In this document: one piece after another, positions 14,068-26,159 of the stretch
How the letters are laid out: each line of letters begins with the position of its first letter
How positions within the stretch are numbered: position 1 is the stretch's first letter
Origin: Octopus sinensis
Lineage: Eukaryota
Reading direction: 5' to 3'
Assembly (NCBI RefSeq): GCF_006345805.1
Contig: NC_043003.1
Location: forward strand, 35,216,001-35,280,000
DNA length: 64,000 nt
The notes under the pieces: model-generated
What the model saw: only the letters and a program-made list of their open reading frames with translations
Told to the model about the DNA's origin: nothing
Database searches by the model: none
Translations under genes and position numbers: made by a program

Positions 14068-14132
<65 letters not shown>

Positions 14133-14320
14133 AGCATATACATGTATGTGCCTTAATTATTTCTATCAAATATACCGGATATATAAGTAAATGTGTTTGT
14201 ATGTATGTGAATATGTTTACACACACATATATATACTTATAAATATATAGATATATGTGCACATTCATATATACAAGTATATATATTCTTATATATATAT
14301 TTGTGTGTGCATAAATTCAT
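11560..14320. repeat. Dense compound microsatellite field: (AT)n, (AC)n, (ATGT)n, (AG)n, (GATA)n
   Basis: Direct reading, e.g. (GATA)n 13998-14130 and (TA)n 12460-12580 and 13735-13808. Confidence 0.9.
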
Positions 14321-14713
14321 ATATGTATGTGCGTGTACGTGTGTGTGTGTGTGCTTGTGTGTATGTGTGTAAGTGTGAAGTGTTGTATGTGTAGCAGTCT
14401 AGAATTAGTGAAGCGCCCTCTTGTTTCAGCTCTCAAATACGGACTTTCGGCTGTGGTAAGCTGGAAAGACTGAAATAAAACGTTTACCCAACTACCTTTC
14501 TCACATCCCGGTTCGACGCCCCATCCCTGCAAAATTCCCACTTTGAACGTAAGATCATACTGCTGAGGGAATATGTATTCAGAAGAATATTTCATTAACA
14601 GATATTTCCAAATTGTATTCACTTGTTAGTTACGCCTGAAGTAACACACACCTTAAAAGAATAATGCCATGCCTTTGGGTTGAAGTGTGCTCCACATCTT
14701 AGGTACCAGCGTA

Positions 14714-14765
<52 letters not shown>

Positions 14766-15572
14766 ATATAAATACATGTGTGTGTATATGTGTGTGTGAA
14801 TTTGTGAGTTTGTGCGCGCACACTTCGCTAACATACACATACCCACATAGTCACATGCACACATACACACACACATATACATATATGTTTCAGGGTGTGT
14901 ACATTAACACATCATATATATCTAGGTACGTGCATATCAATATACATCCACACACAGAACAATGCATATGTTTTTAAATATATTTACACATTTCAACTAA
15001 GTGTCACAAAATTCTCTCTCTCTCTCTCTCTCTCTCTCATTCATTCTCTCTCACTATCCATTATACACCCTTTCTCTCTCTCTCTCTCACTTATGTATTC
15101 CCTCGCTGTCTTTCTTTCCATCTTTCGCTTTCTCTTTCTGTGAAGTTATCCTTATATAAAAATCTATAGCTATCAACCTCTCTATGTACCTAGCTATATA
15201 TCTTTCATTCTATCAACCGTATCTGTATATATATATGTGTGTGTGTGTTTGTGTACATATATATACATATAAACATATACATGCATATACACATATATAC
15301 ACACACGAGCATATATATATACATATACACACATATATATATATATAATATATATATATATACATACACACTTGTTTTTTGTGTGTTTTTTTTTAAGTCT
15401 TATAAAGACCTTCCACGCTGCAATTGTTTTTACTTCAGCACACGATCTCAGATAAATGTCACTTGCTATGCAAGTACATCTCCGTAATATGTATGTGTGT
15501 GTGAGTTAAATAAAATGAGACAACGAAGCCAAGGCTGTGTAGAATTTATAGGACATTTGTAAAGGGAAAGGT

Positions 15573-15620
15573 ATTCTACAGCTGTTTCAGGGATATTAAG
15601 TATATTCCTTCCTCAGAGAC
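15573..15620 (-). ncRNA. Hammerhead ribozyme motif (type I, minimal), left arm copy, stem I degenerate
   Basis: Minus strand GUCU CUGAGGA AGGAAUAU-ACUUA-AUAUCCCU GAAA C-AGCU-G UA GAAU. The core CUGANGA/GAAA/UH is intact and stem III is the palindrome ACAGCUGU. Confidence 0.6.
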
Positions 15621-16070
15621 GGTACGAGAGAGTTAACTAGAGTTCAATATTAGGAGTCATTTTGGAAAAGAATGGATATAGGAAGTATAAATGGAGATAA
15701 GAGAATGAAAATAAAAATTAAATATATGTAGGATGGTACTGTTGCAGTTCCATTATCAAAGGAAAGTGCTGAGTATAATGAGTAGAAATGCTTCTCGTTC
15801 ATGTCACGTAGATTCCAACAGGAGTTCTTATTTTGTTATTACAAACGAATAGTGTAGAGACATATATTCCATTTAATTCTTAGCACATGGAATTTATGTC
15901 TCCACACTATTCATTTGTACTAACAAAATATGAACTCCTGTCGGAAACTACAAGCAAAGACAACAAGCATTTTCCTCTTATTTCCATTTATACTTCCTAT
16001 ATCTATCCTTTTCCAAAATAACTCCTTATATTGAAGTCTACTATTTCCTTCTAGTTAACTCTCTCGTATC

Positions 16071-16118
16071 GTCTCTGATGAAGGGATATCCCTAATATCT
16101 CAGAAACAGTTGTAAGAC
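16071..16118 (+). ncRNA. Hammerhead ribozyme motif (type I, minimal), right arm copy
   Basis: GUCU CUGAUGA A GGGAUAU-CCCUA-AUAUCUC A GAAA C-AGUU-G UA^AGAC. Stem I GUCU/AGAC is perfect, stem II has 7 bp, and the predicted cleavage is after A16114. Confidence 0.7.
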
Positions 16119-17619
16119 TACCTTTCTCTTTATAAATGTGTTTGGCGTTGTTATCTCATTTTATTCACCATAGACATGCTCACACAAGATCCACATTATA
16201 CACATTAAACCGAAAGTCTAACTACGACCATCCTGTAGCACTTACATAGCCTTACCTGCCATCTTCAGTCTTCTGGATACCAATATTATGTTTGAGGTGC
16301 TAACCAATTTGATAAACATGGGCATTATCGTGTAGTTATGAATTTTGCTTCATAGCTATGTGCGACTCTAGATTTAAAGCCGCTTCGCGTGACTTTGAGC
16401 AAAACCTTTGTGCCATTACGTCTGCTCGTTGAGGAGAATTTAGTAGATAGTGGAGCCTCGTTGTACATGCTTGTGAATGAATATTTAAAGTAAAGGAAAA
16501 GAATTTACTATTCTACACGAAAAAATCTAAAGCTTTCGACAGAGATGAAATAAATGCAAAACAGAAATAAATACTGGGATTCGCATATTCAAATTAAAAT
16601 GCTTTCATTTGATACATCAATGATTAAAAGCGTGTACTGATTTACTTGATCTGTAAGAAATAGCGGTCCAATGCTCTCCAAGACTTACTCAGCTGTCATA
16701 ATAATAATTTTTTCGCAGAATCCACTACAAGAGGGGAAGATCAAGCTCGGATGCTGTTAATCATAGGTCTCCTCAAACAGGATACAGTAGGTAGCATATA
16801 TAGTTGGTGAATCATTATCTGAGTATATTAATGTATGTATTTATCCAACCCAATTAATCATCCACCACATTTCTATACGTCTAAAGTTGTATGCCATTAA
16901 ATTTCGAATAAATTCATCTTAGTAGTCAGTACCGGTTATTATGCAGACAGGCACTTGCCTGGTTATGTAATGTTTTAGACATCTGGTAAATATCAGAATA
17001 TGTCATTATGTAGTCGGCCATTCTAGCTATCGAATTTAATAGCCTGTCAGTTCAGAAACAACTATACTACTAATTATGTAACTTCAGATCTACTCGCATA
17101 ACACGTATAAATCATGTCACGAAACGGAGGTAATTTTTGTGTCACACATTTCAACAAGCCTTCTGGAAAGATTTGTCAGAAATATGTTGGGAGGAAAGAT
17201 CGAATAAAGAAAACCTTTAGTATTCATGTTTTTTTGATATGGAGTCATAGCACAGAGATGGTCGAATAGAATATTCAAATTTTATAGGAAATCTCTAGAA
17301 TATGCTGTCAATTAAGTAAATTTAAATAGATAATCAACGGTGCTGATAAGATAGCATTGTTGTGGTCGACTTCATCAACTAACCCCTTCCCTCGAGAATC
17401 TGGCTTTGTGAAAATGCTTGGCGGCATTTCATACACGTTTCCTTTCTGAGATCATATTCGGATGAAGTTTTCTTTGTCTTTCATCCTTTTAAGTGGATAA
17501 ATGAGAAATAGTCAAGCGCTAGATTCGTTGTAATCAATTAGCCCATACACCCAAAATTTCAGGCATTAACTTGTGCCCATAATAAAAAGGATTGTTGTTG
17601 TTGTTGTTGTTGTTGTTAT

Positions 17620-18715
17620 TATTATATACTTTTAATTTGCATGTCTATTACAATCACTTGCTGAGACACCCAGCGTCCTAGGGCGAGTGAAAGATAACAG
17701 ATGTTACGTATGACTGAAAGTTTGGGCAGGGTAAGTGGCAAGGGCAGCTATGAAATATCTACATGTAATACAACACAGACCACAAAAATGGAGTTTTTTT
17801 CTAAAGATGTAGGCAGTACTTGTCAGCACAATCTTCTGGATTTCTCTGGGACAGAGCTCTCCTAGGATCTTATCTAGTTGTTTCCGACATCCATTTCTTA
17901 TCATACCTAAGGCATTCACTATAACAGAAATGGTTTTCGCTTTAAGATGCCACATTTTTTTGTATTTCAGTTTCCAGGTCCTTATATTTACTTAATTTGT
18001 CAAATTCCTTTACAGATATATTTTTTAATCGGTGGGGACACTTACATCTACAAGTATTTTCTTCCTTGTAATGACTATGCCTGATCAAATTGCCTGCATC
18101 GTTCTGTTGCTGTTGACTGGAAAATCCCAGATGATAGTGACGTTTTTACCTTCAACGACTGGCTCAAGATAATGTTCATTCCAGTAAGCAGGAGTGCTGA
18201 TTTTGTAGTGTCTACATATTTTCTAATCTAAATACTGTCCTACCATATCGTGGCGATTTCTGTGTTCGTTTGGTGTCAGAACAGGACATCCCGAGACGAG
18301 ATGGACAATTGTTTCATCAAATGTATCGCAGAATCTGCATTTAGGGTAGAGCCGTTTTGAAGAAAGTTAGCCTGTTAGCTTTTGGTAAGCAAGCTTTGGT
18401 TCTGTGCTGCTAATATGAAACTCTCAATCTCTGGATTCAATCCTGAGCTTCTTAGCCACTGATCGGTTGTTGCTTGACCTACATCAGTATTGCGGCTACG
18501 AAGTATATACTGTCCCTGCAACCGCTTCTGGCCCCACCGCTCTAATTTGTTTCTGCCCGTTCTTTTTTGCGGTCTGTTTGATCCGTATTGCTTGTTTAGT
18601 GATAGCGATTTAAGGTTCTTTATCTAATTTCGTATGCTGTCAGGTCCGTCTTCCAATTCGCTAGTCTACATGTTGTTCTTCAGCCATTTTCCCTTAAACA
18701 TTAGTACGTTCATGA
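17620..18715 (-). mobile_element. R4/Dong-clade non-LTR retrotransposon 3' remnant (CCHC finger + restriction-like endonuclease)
   Basis: Minus translation: WGQKRLQGQY..QWLRSSGLNPEIESFILAAQNQSLLT..KCRFCDTFDETIVHLVSGC..RHDMVG..IIWDFPV..VDVSVPTD*KNISVKEFDKLSKYKDLETEIQKMW..VNALG..IQKIVLTSTAYIFRK. Confidence 0.88.
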
Positions 18716-20744
18716 AGGGCCTACTCTGTATATCATTACTCAACTGCTTACGACTGTTGAAAATCGTTGCAGTGCAGATCATCTTGCATATAAGCTTTAA
18801 ACGAACTTAGTTGTTTGTCATCTTTCGTGAAATGCTTTATTATTATTGTTGCTGTTGCTGTTGCTGCTGTTATTGATTTTCTCTTCGTCGTCGTCGTCGG
18901 TTTTATTTATCTTATTATTATTAACGATTAATTAAAAGCCACACAAATCTGCTAATCTTTTTCAAACTAGTTAACATTTCCCAACTAGTTAACCCCGAAG
19001 CACCAGTCTGGACATCAACAAGTAGCATTTAGTCATCCGAATCGTATTAAGATTGAGTATTCTGTAGGACATTAGATGGGAACCACCTACGTTGTTAAGA
19101 ATTCAAAGTGGTCGGCTACAAACCACAAATTTGTGATTAGTGCGGTCAACCATGATAGATTACGTAGGCTGGGGCCCCCAGTTACTGGAAGCTGAACTTG
19201 TCATTCCAAGTACGTCAGGTTTACAGACCGCATTAACAAATCGGACAGGGTTTGCGTGGGAAACTTTCAAGAGCCAATGGTGGTATACTAGAAAGGAAAA
19301 GGGGCTATTAGATTACAGTCGATACAGCTTCTTAATGAAATATTATTGGGAGAGTGTAGACTGAAATAAGATTAATATTTGTGTATGGATGTGGATGTGT
19401 GTGATGAGATAGAAAATGAAAGAAATATAAATAGAAAGAGACAAAAGTATTATATAGCAGAATCACAATGCGAATAAACTCTGATTATCGACATGTAGCT
19501 TCGTGTTTAACACAGAAGCTGAAATACATGTGACACGTTTCACTAAAATTTTCTCTATACTGTCATAGTGATTTTCCGTTGCCTATAAATATAAACTATG
19601 GTGCCCGATTGACCGATTCTTGCCGTTATCGGTTTGTGAGACAAGTAATTTATTTTGAGCTGTAACCTATTTCATTTGGCATCAAGTCAGATTACCGAAT
19701 TGGAGTTCTGTGATTTTTAATATGGCTATTTTTATCTAATGATAGAAAGTCTATAGAACTGATACACTAATAAATTCGTCTAGGTACTTGTTTAATCCAT
19801 TTTTATTTCAACACGCATATAAATTAAATAATAAAGAAAAAGTTCTAAAATTATCTCACTAAATGTTTAGACGCTATTTAGTGCAGAGTTTGTATTGAAC
19901 ATTCGTACCACTTCGTACCACAATATAGAAAAAAGTATCTATCTACCTCTCTCTCTATTCTGCTGTCTCTCGCTCTTTATTTCACTCCCCCTCTCTCTCT
20001 TTCGCTCTGTATACTCACTCACACACATACACACGTGCGCACGCACAGACGCATACGCACACACAAACACACGCACACACAAACACACGCACACACCTGT
20101 TTTCGACGGATTCTAACTCACCGTTACTGTACATCCTTTTCCAGGAATAATTAATAAAATGTTGAAGTATATAACATAATTATGTGTATGACGTTATGTG
20201 TTATGTGGACCACTCATTTTGAGAAAAAAAGAAGGGAATTAGTAAATTCTTACACACTTGATTAATTTCCAACTACAAAATGATAAAATAACTAACTTGC
20301 CAGGTAATGGATCTGCGTTACCCTCAAAGTTGAATGCCCTTTCAAAACAGAATTAGGCATTTAATCATCCATGAACACTAATTTTCAGAAATAATCGGAT
20401 TTGTGTATTTTACTCATGAAATATCACAACTTGTATGTAAGTGGATATATCACACTCTACTATAAAACTTAATTAGTGAGTCATATGTTAACGATTGTAA
20501 AACAAGCTTATCACTATGATTCACAATGTTCAGGATTATTTTGCTTATATATTATGATGTTGCCCGCGTAATTACATAATCTGAAGTTTGGATTAAAAGT
20601 CAGATTCTGATGAATTATACAGCTTACATCTCGCACAGCTGTGAGGAAACCTGTAAACATTTGGAAAAGTCAAGAAAACGGAATACTCGAATAAAAGAAT
20701 GTTATAATTTCGGTATTCACCGGCCGATGAAAACAAACCATCTA

Positions 20745-20915
20745 AAAAGTGCATACCATGAGAATTCATAGTCAGGGAACAAGGCCTGTAATTTCAGCAT
20801 TAATTCATCATAAATGTTTTCCTTCGCCTGGATCTCAGATTGCACATCTGCCGGATATCTTATTCATATCTGCTGGGCTGCTGATCGTTAGAAGAGTGCA
20901 TGACATCTGGTCCAT
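20745..20915 (-). mobile_element. Fragment of an RLE-type non-LTR retrotransposon endonuclease
   Basis: Minus translation CTLLTISSPADMN.. / PADVQSEIQAKENIYDELMLKLQALFPDYEFS. The partial duplicate at 21125-21207 reads DQKSCTLVAVSCPVDMN. Confidence 0.55.
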
Positions 20916-21051
20916 GTATGTATATATGTATGTATGTAGTAAATCAAAGTAAAAAAACAAACAAAAAAACGAAGTACAAACGCAAGGAAAAACAACGCGC
21001 GGACGTGGTACATATGCAAAGTATTAGCAGACGCTCAGGGAAAGAAAGGTA

Positions 21052-21088
21052 GTTTTTACGTTTCGAGCAAGGCACTTCGTCAGAAACA
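21052..21088 (-). ncRNA. Minimal hammerhead ribozyme motif within a Penelope-like terminal repeat fragment (about 20985-21120)
   Basis: Minus strand UGUUU CUGACGA A GUGC-CUU-GCUC GAAA CG UA^AAAAC. Core nucleotides are intact, stem II has one mismatch, and helix III is the palindrome ACGU. Confidence 0.6.
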
Positions 21089-21610
21089 GGAGACGGAGGA
21101 AAGTCCAAGAGAAAAGGAAGACAAATCTCTGATTGTACATCTGCAGGACATCTGATTCATATCTACTGGGCAGCTGACCGCTACAAGAGTGCATGACTTT
21201 TGGTCCATGTATGTATGTATGTATGTATGTATGTATGTATGTATGTATGTATGTATGTATGTATGTTTGAATGTATTTATTTATGTATTTAATGCAGTTA
21301 GTTATATTTAAATCAAACGTTGCTTACTTAGATATATACATAAGGAGAAATACGTATATATTTAAAAATAATTGGTAATACATATAAAAAATATATTACA
21401 CGCACATACACATACGCACACACATACACACACATAGACATCCACATTGATTTATAAAAATGTAGCTCGTTTCATCTTTCACTTACAATATGGGTTTCAA
21501 AAAAAAGTGACTTTACAAGAAGGAGTGCTTTTAGTATTGTGTTGTTACATTCCAAGCAAGTGTATTGATACACTTGCTTGGAATTATTATACATACATAT
21601 ATACATAAAA

Positions 21611-21950
21611 GGGCACCCCGTCAGTTACGACGACTAGGGTTCCATTTGATCCGATAACGGGACAGCCTGCTCGTGAAGGTAACGTGCAAGTGGCTGAGCA
21701 CTTCACAGACACGTGAATCCATAACTTACTTCTCGGGGAGATTCAGCATGACACAGAATGTAACAATTGTGGCTCTTTGAATTACAGGTACAGCTCATTT
21801 TCCCAGTTGTCTGGACTAGAGCAACGTGAAATAAAGTGTCTTCTTCAAAGACACGTCGTACTGCCTTGAATTGAACTCATAGAACGTGTTGCCTGGAATT
21901 GAACTTACAATCGTGAGACGATTACCCTAACCACAAAACCACGTCCCCTC
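21611..21950 (-). mobile_element. SINE family C copy
   Basis: Homologous to 50816-51177 (gatccgat..acagcctgctcgtgaa..acagacacgtg..ttctcggggagattca); contains gagcaacgtgaaataaagtgtctt. Confidence 0.8.
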
Positions 21951-22972
21951 AACTATGGGCTTACACACACACACATCCAAACTTACCTACATACCCGTAC
22001 ACACACATGAGTGAGAGTGTGTTCAAGTGTATTTAAGTGTTTATATACATACGTGTACGTTGTACCAGTAGAATGTTAATAATGAAATTGAATAAAATGA
22101 AGATAAAAATGACAGAAATACAGAAACAAAGATAGAACGGAAGAAATAAAGAAAGAACATAGAGAGAGCGAATTAATCCTGTGAAGCGAAAAGGAATACT
22201 GAAAAATTATTAAAGGGAAGGAAAAAGAATGACTAAATATTTTTTCTCATTTAATGACCAGTTAGCTTTGACAATAAATCTAGCAGAATGAATATTGTAA
22301 AAACTGGAAATGGGAGTTCCTTGAAGCCAATATGCGTTTTCGACAAAGTATTGTGTCTAGTTTTGATATTCAGTAATGTTTGTTAAATATAACAGTTCAT
22401 TCCATATTTGAAATATTAGATAGAGTAATTGCGAGATGGGTTTTTACTATACGGTTAATTAGATCAATAGTTAGTGCAGTTTCTAATATTAATTATTCAG
22501 GTTGAGACGTTACTAATAGTGATAAATCTGAAGTGGTATTTGCAAATGAAGGGTGGACAGGCAAAGAAGAAAAACTGTTTCATACACATAGAAGAGATGA
22601 CTAACGATGGTTATTCTCGTTGATTTAGCAATTAATGTATTCCTTTAGTCATTTTCAAAAGATATGCGAAAATTGTATGAAATTCTGAAGATTTTAAAGC
22701 AGTAAACATTAATGAATGAAAATATTATAAATCCGTCGTTTTTCTATCGGTTGCTGTTAAATGCAGAAGAAATACATAATAGTATTTGTATCTGCGCAGC
22801 TGGTTTTATATAAAGATATCAACAAGGATGACAGTAAATATAAAAGGTCAAATATATGAATGGCTACAGTTGAAAAATTAAATGCTTCATGTATACATAC
22901 ACGCACAAACACACACATACACATAAATATAATATATATCGACACACACACATGATACATGCACACATACAC

Positions 22973-23068
<96 letters not shown>

Positions 23069-23239
23069 GTACATATATGTATGTATAATATGCGTATATA
23101 TATAATCCAATGAAAAGAAGACGAAGAAAATTCTTTAACACATATTTAATCATAACTTGCAAATGTTTCCGTACCATCTCCATTCGCAACGCCATTTTAC
23201 GCGAAAATTATAAAGGAAAAATTACGTAATAGGCATATA

Positions 23240-23662
23240 GGCGTAGGAGTGGCTGTGTGATAAGTAGCTTGCTTACCAACCACATGGTTCCAGGTTCAGT
23301 CCCACTGCGTGGCACCTTGGGCAAATGTCATCTACTAGAGCCTCGGGCCGACCAAAGCCTTGTGAGTAGATTTGGTAGACGGAAACTGAAAGAAGCCTGT
23401 CGTTTATATGTATAAATATATATGTATGTATGTGTGTGTGTGTGTGTAAATGTTTGTGTGTCTATGTTTGTCCTCCAAACATCGCTTGACAACCGATGCT
23501 GGTGTGTTTATGTCCCCATAACTTAGCGGTTCGGCAAAAGAGACCGATAGAATAGGTACTAGGCTTACAAAGAATAAATCCTGGGGTCGATTTGCTCGAC
23601 TAAAGGCGGTGCTCCAGCATGGCCACGGTCAAATGACTGAAACAAGTAAAAGAGTAAACGAG
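23240..23662 (+). mobile_element. SINE family A, near full-length reference copy
   Basis: tRNA-like head with A-box (tggctgtgtgataag) and B-box (ggttcagtccc), internal (TA)n(TG)n, and tail ggcggtgctccagcatggccacggtcaaatgactgaaacaagtaaaagag. Confidence 0.92.
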
Positions 23663-23823
23663 TTATATTTGTAGTTTTAAGCATTGTGCGTCTATCAGAT
23701 CTTGTTGTTAGGAAAGTTTTGGGAGGAAATAAGAACGAAAAAAATTAAATGTGTGTATGCGGATGAGTTTGTGGAAAAGATATTATGTGTGGTGGCAAGA
23801 ATCAAGAGGGTGGATACGCATAA

Positions 23824-24121
23824 TGATAGGAGAAAGGGAAGGAGGGGAAAGAAAACGAATAGAAGAAGGCAAAAGAGAAGTAGAAGAGAGAGAAGAAGAG
23901 TCGGAAGGAGAAGGAAATGAAGAAGAAGAAGAAGAAGAAGAAGAAGAAGAAGAAGAAGAAGAAGAAGAAGGAGAAGAACAAGAATGAAGAGGAGGAGGAA
24001 GATGAAGGGAGAAGAAGAAGTACAATGAGAAGAAAAAGTAGAAGAAGAAGAGGAAGAAGAAGAAGAGAAGAAGAAGAAGAAGAGAAGAAGAAGAAGAAGA
24101 AGAGGAAGAAGAAGAAGAAGA
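23824..24121. repeat. (GAA)n/(GAG)n polypurine tract
   Basis: Direct reading; explains the poly-K, poly-E, poly-L and poly-S ORFs. Confidence 0.95.
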
Positions 24122-26159
24122 TACAACTGGCAATACTTCGTATAGCATAACGTTTTATCCAGTCCTATCGTGGCGGTGTATCAGCCAGTACAGCCAGGAA
24201 CATTGTTACCAAAATTCGTCTGATGGAAGATCATGTATTTGACCACACAGCGGCATTGGTCTGCGACAACTTAAAGCGAAAAGATCTTTTAAATAGATAA
24301 CAAGACAATTGTCTGGAGTCAAAAGATGAGGGTATTGATTATGTATTTGCCTAAAACCGCAAATATTACGTAATTTTTCTTTTCGCGTAAATTGGCGTTG
24401 CCAATGCAGATGGTACAGAAACATTTGTAAGTTATAATTCAAGATGAGTTTAAATAATTTTCTTTGTCTTCTTTTCATTGGATTATTTACACTTCGCCAA
24501 ACCATATGACTGTATAATCGTCGGGAAATTTGGATTTTCTACACCACAAGTATTCCGGCTTTGGCTTAGATCCCGATTGTGTTGATAGCCCAGTATTTAG
24601 GTCGAGTGCGTCTATAGAAATACCCCAACTTCACACCAAAATGACCTTAGCCATCGCTCTCTCTCTCTCTCTCTTTCTCTCTCTTTCCCTCTCTCTATAT
24701 ACATATACATGCATGTATATATACACATAAATATGAACAAACATATACATACACAAATATATAAAGAGGTGAAGAGGTAATTGTGTTTTTTTGGTGATTC
24801 AAAATTTGATGTTTGTTTTAAATAAAATTTCATTTAACCACACACATGTAATATAACATTTTGAAACACTGAATTTGCTCTATTGATTTGTTCTCATGGT
24901 TTTAGTTTGGTTTTTAGTTAGTCTATTTTTTTTTCTTTCTTGTTTCATTTGAGACTATTAAATTAAAGACGATAAAAAGCAAATTCTAACGATTTTATTT
25001 TATGAGTTGAAAACAAAAAAGCCAAGTGACGTAAAACAACTTGCACTGTCAACAAGCAACTCCATATTGGTTCCGAAAATTTCGTACTTGAATAGAGAAG
25101 CTTGCAGGAACAATGCATAAAATAGGGAGCCAAGTAGCTACAGCAACTCAAGTACTTGGGGTTTCATGCTAATGGGCCCATTAAAGTTTGCCCTGTGCAT
25201 TTGATCTAAACTCTAAACCTGTGAACCACTTCAATTCCTCGGTTAATAATACACATTTATGTGTGTATGCAAGCGGGCGCATGTGCGCAATGTGCATTAC
25301 ACAAAAAAATATAGCTACAGAGAAAACGGCATTTCTTCATAATATAATCGGCCCGTTAGAAATGGTAGCTAAATATACAGAAATCATACCTGACCGTTTT
25401 AAAAGAGGTAGGATAATTGATAGCAAATTGTTAAGAACACAGTTTCAATGTTTCCTACATATACTTCCTAACACAGCTACACACACACACACACACATAC
25501 ACACACATACACACAGAGTATAGAGATGGAAGACGAATGATAATCCTTCATAAATAGTTTAAAATAGGTGACATAGACATAGCCAAATCTTTAGAGTGAA
25601 AAGGCATGAATATTTGTAATGTTCATAAACAAAGTTCAAGAAAAGAAACCTAAATGAAAGAAATCGAAAGGAGGAGCAGATATTGGACACTCCAGAAATT
25701 TGGCTCAATAAGTCGACAGCTGACAATATAATCGTGATTGCATTGACTGATTTTATTGATTTAATTGATTGAAGTCTGTTGAAATAAAAGACGGTTGCAA
25801 TCAATTAATTGAATCAAACCAGTGTATTATTAGTACTGTCTTTTCGACTACGGAATTATGAAAATCTAACTCGAATGCAATGACGAATCTTAAGTTCGGA
25901 AAAGTATTTAGTCTAGCATCCAACAGTAGCTTTTTTTTTATTTTTGTCAATTCATTGTTCTTGAAAATTTATGACATATTAATCCGTGCATTACCTCGTG
26001 CAATGCAATGTTCTTGTAGCTAACGACATGTTAATCCTGCGACTTCGAACGAAGACTAAACTAGCTATTTTTTTTAACCCCAAGTAAGTTCTAAATTGGC
26101 AGACCTAGAGTCAAGTGCATTTCCGCCGTTATCATCCCGTCATTATTTCATGCAGTGAA

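Larger units (their letters stand above)
15509..16165. repeat. Long fold-back inverted repeat (arms 15509-15872 and 15887-16165, 14-nt loop), probably Penelope pseudo-LTR-derived
   Basis: ttccaacaggagttcttattttgttattacaaacgaatagtgtagagacatatattccat is complementary to atggaatttatgtctccacactattcatttgtactaacaaaatatgaactcctgtcggaa. Complementarity continues to aataaaatgaga / tctcattttatt with a few indels. Confidence 0.92.

Noticed and set aside
14395-14560. GGTTCGACGCC B-box-like motif suggesting a tRNA gene
   Set aside because: No cloverleaf could be built; at most an old SINE head.
16255-16480. Strong minus-strand donor CAG|gtaagg with an upstream acceptor
   Set aside because: All three frames from the main acceptor contain stops.
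20605-20660. CTGATGA...GAAACCTGTA hammerhead-like spacing
   Set aside because: Stem II does not close next to the core and stem I has only 2 bp; likely chance.
24135-24149. ACTTCGTATAGCATA, a 15-nt match to half of loxP
   Set aside because: The second inverted arm (TATACGAAGTTAT) is absent and there is no vector context; best explained as chance.
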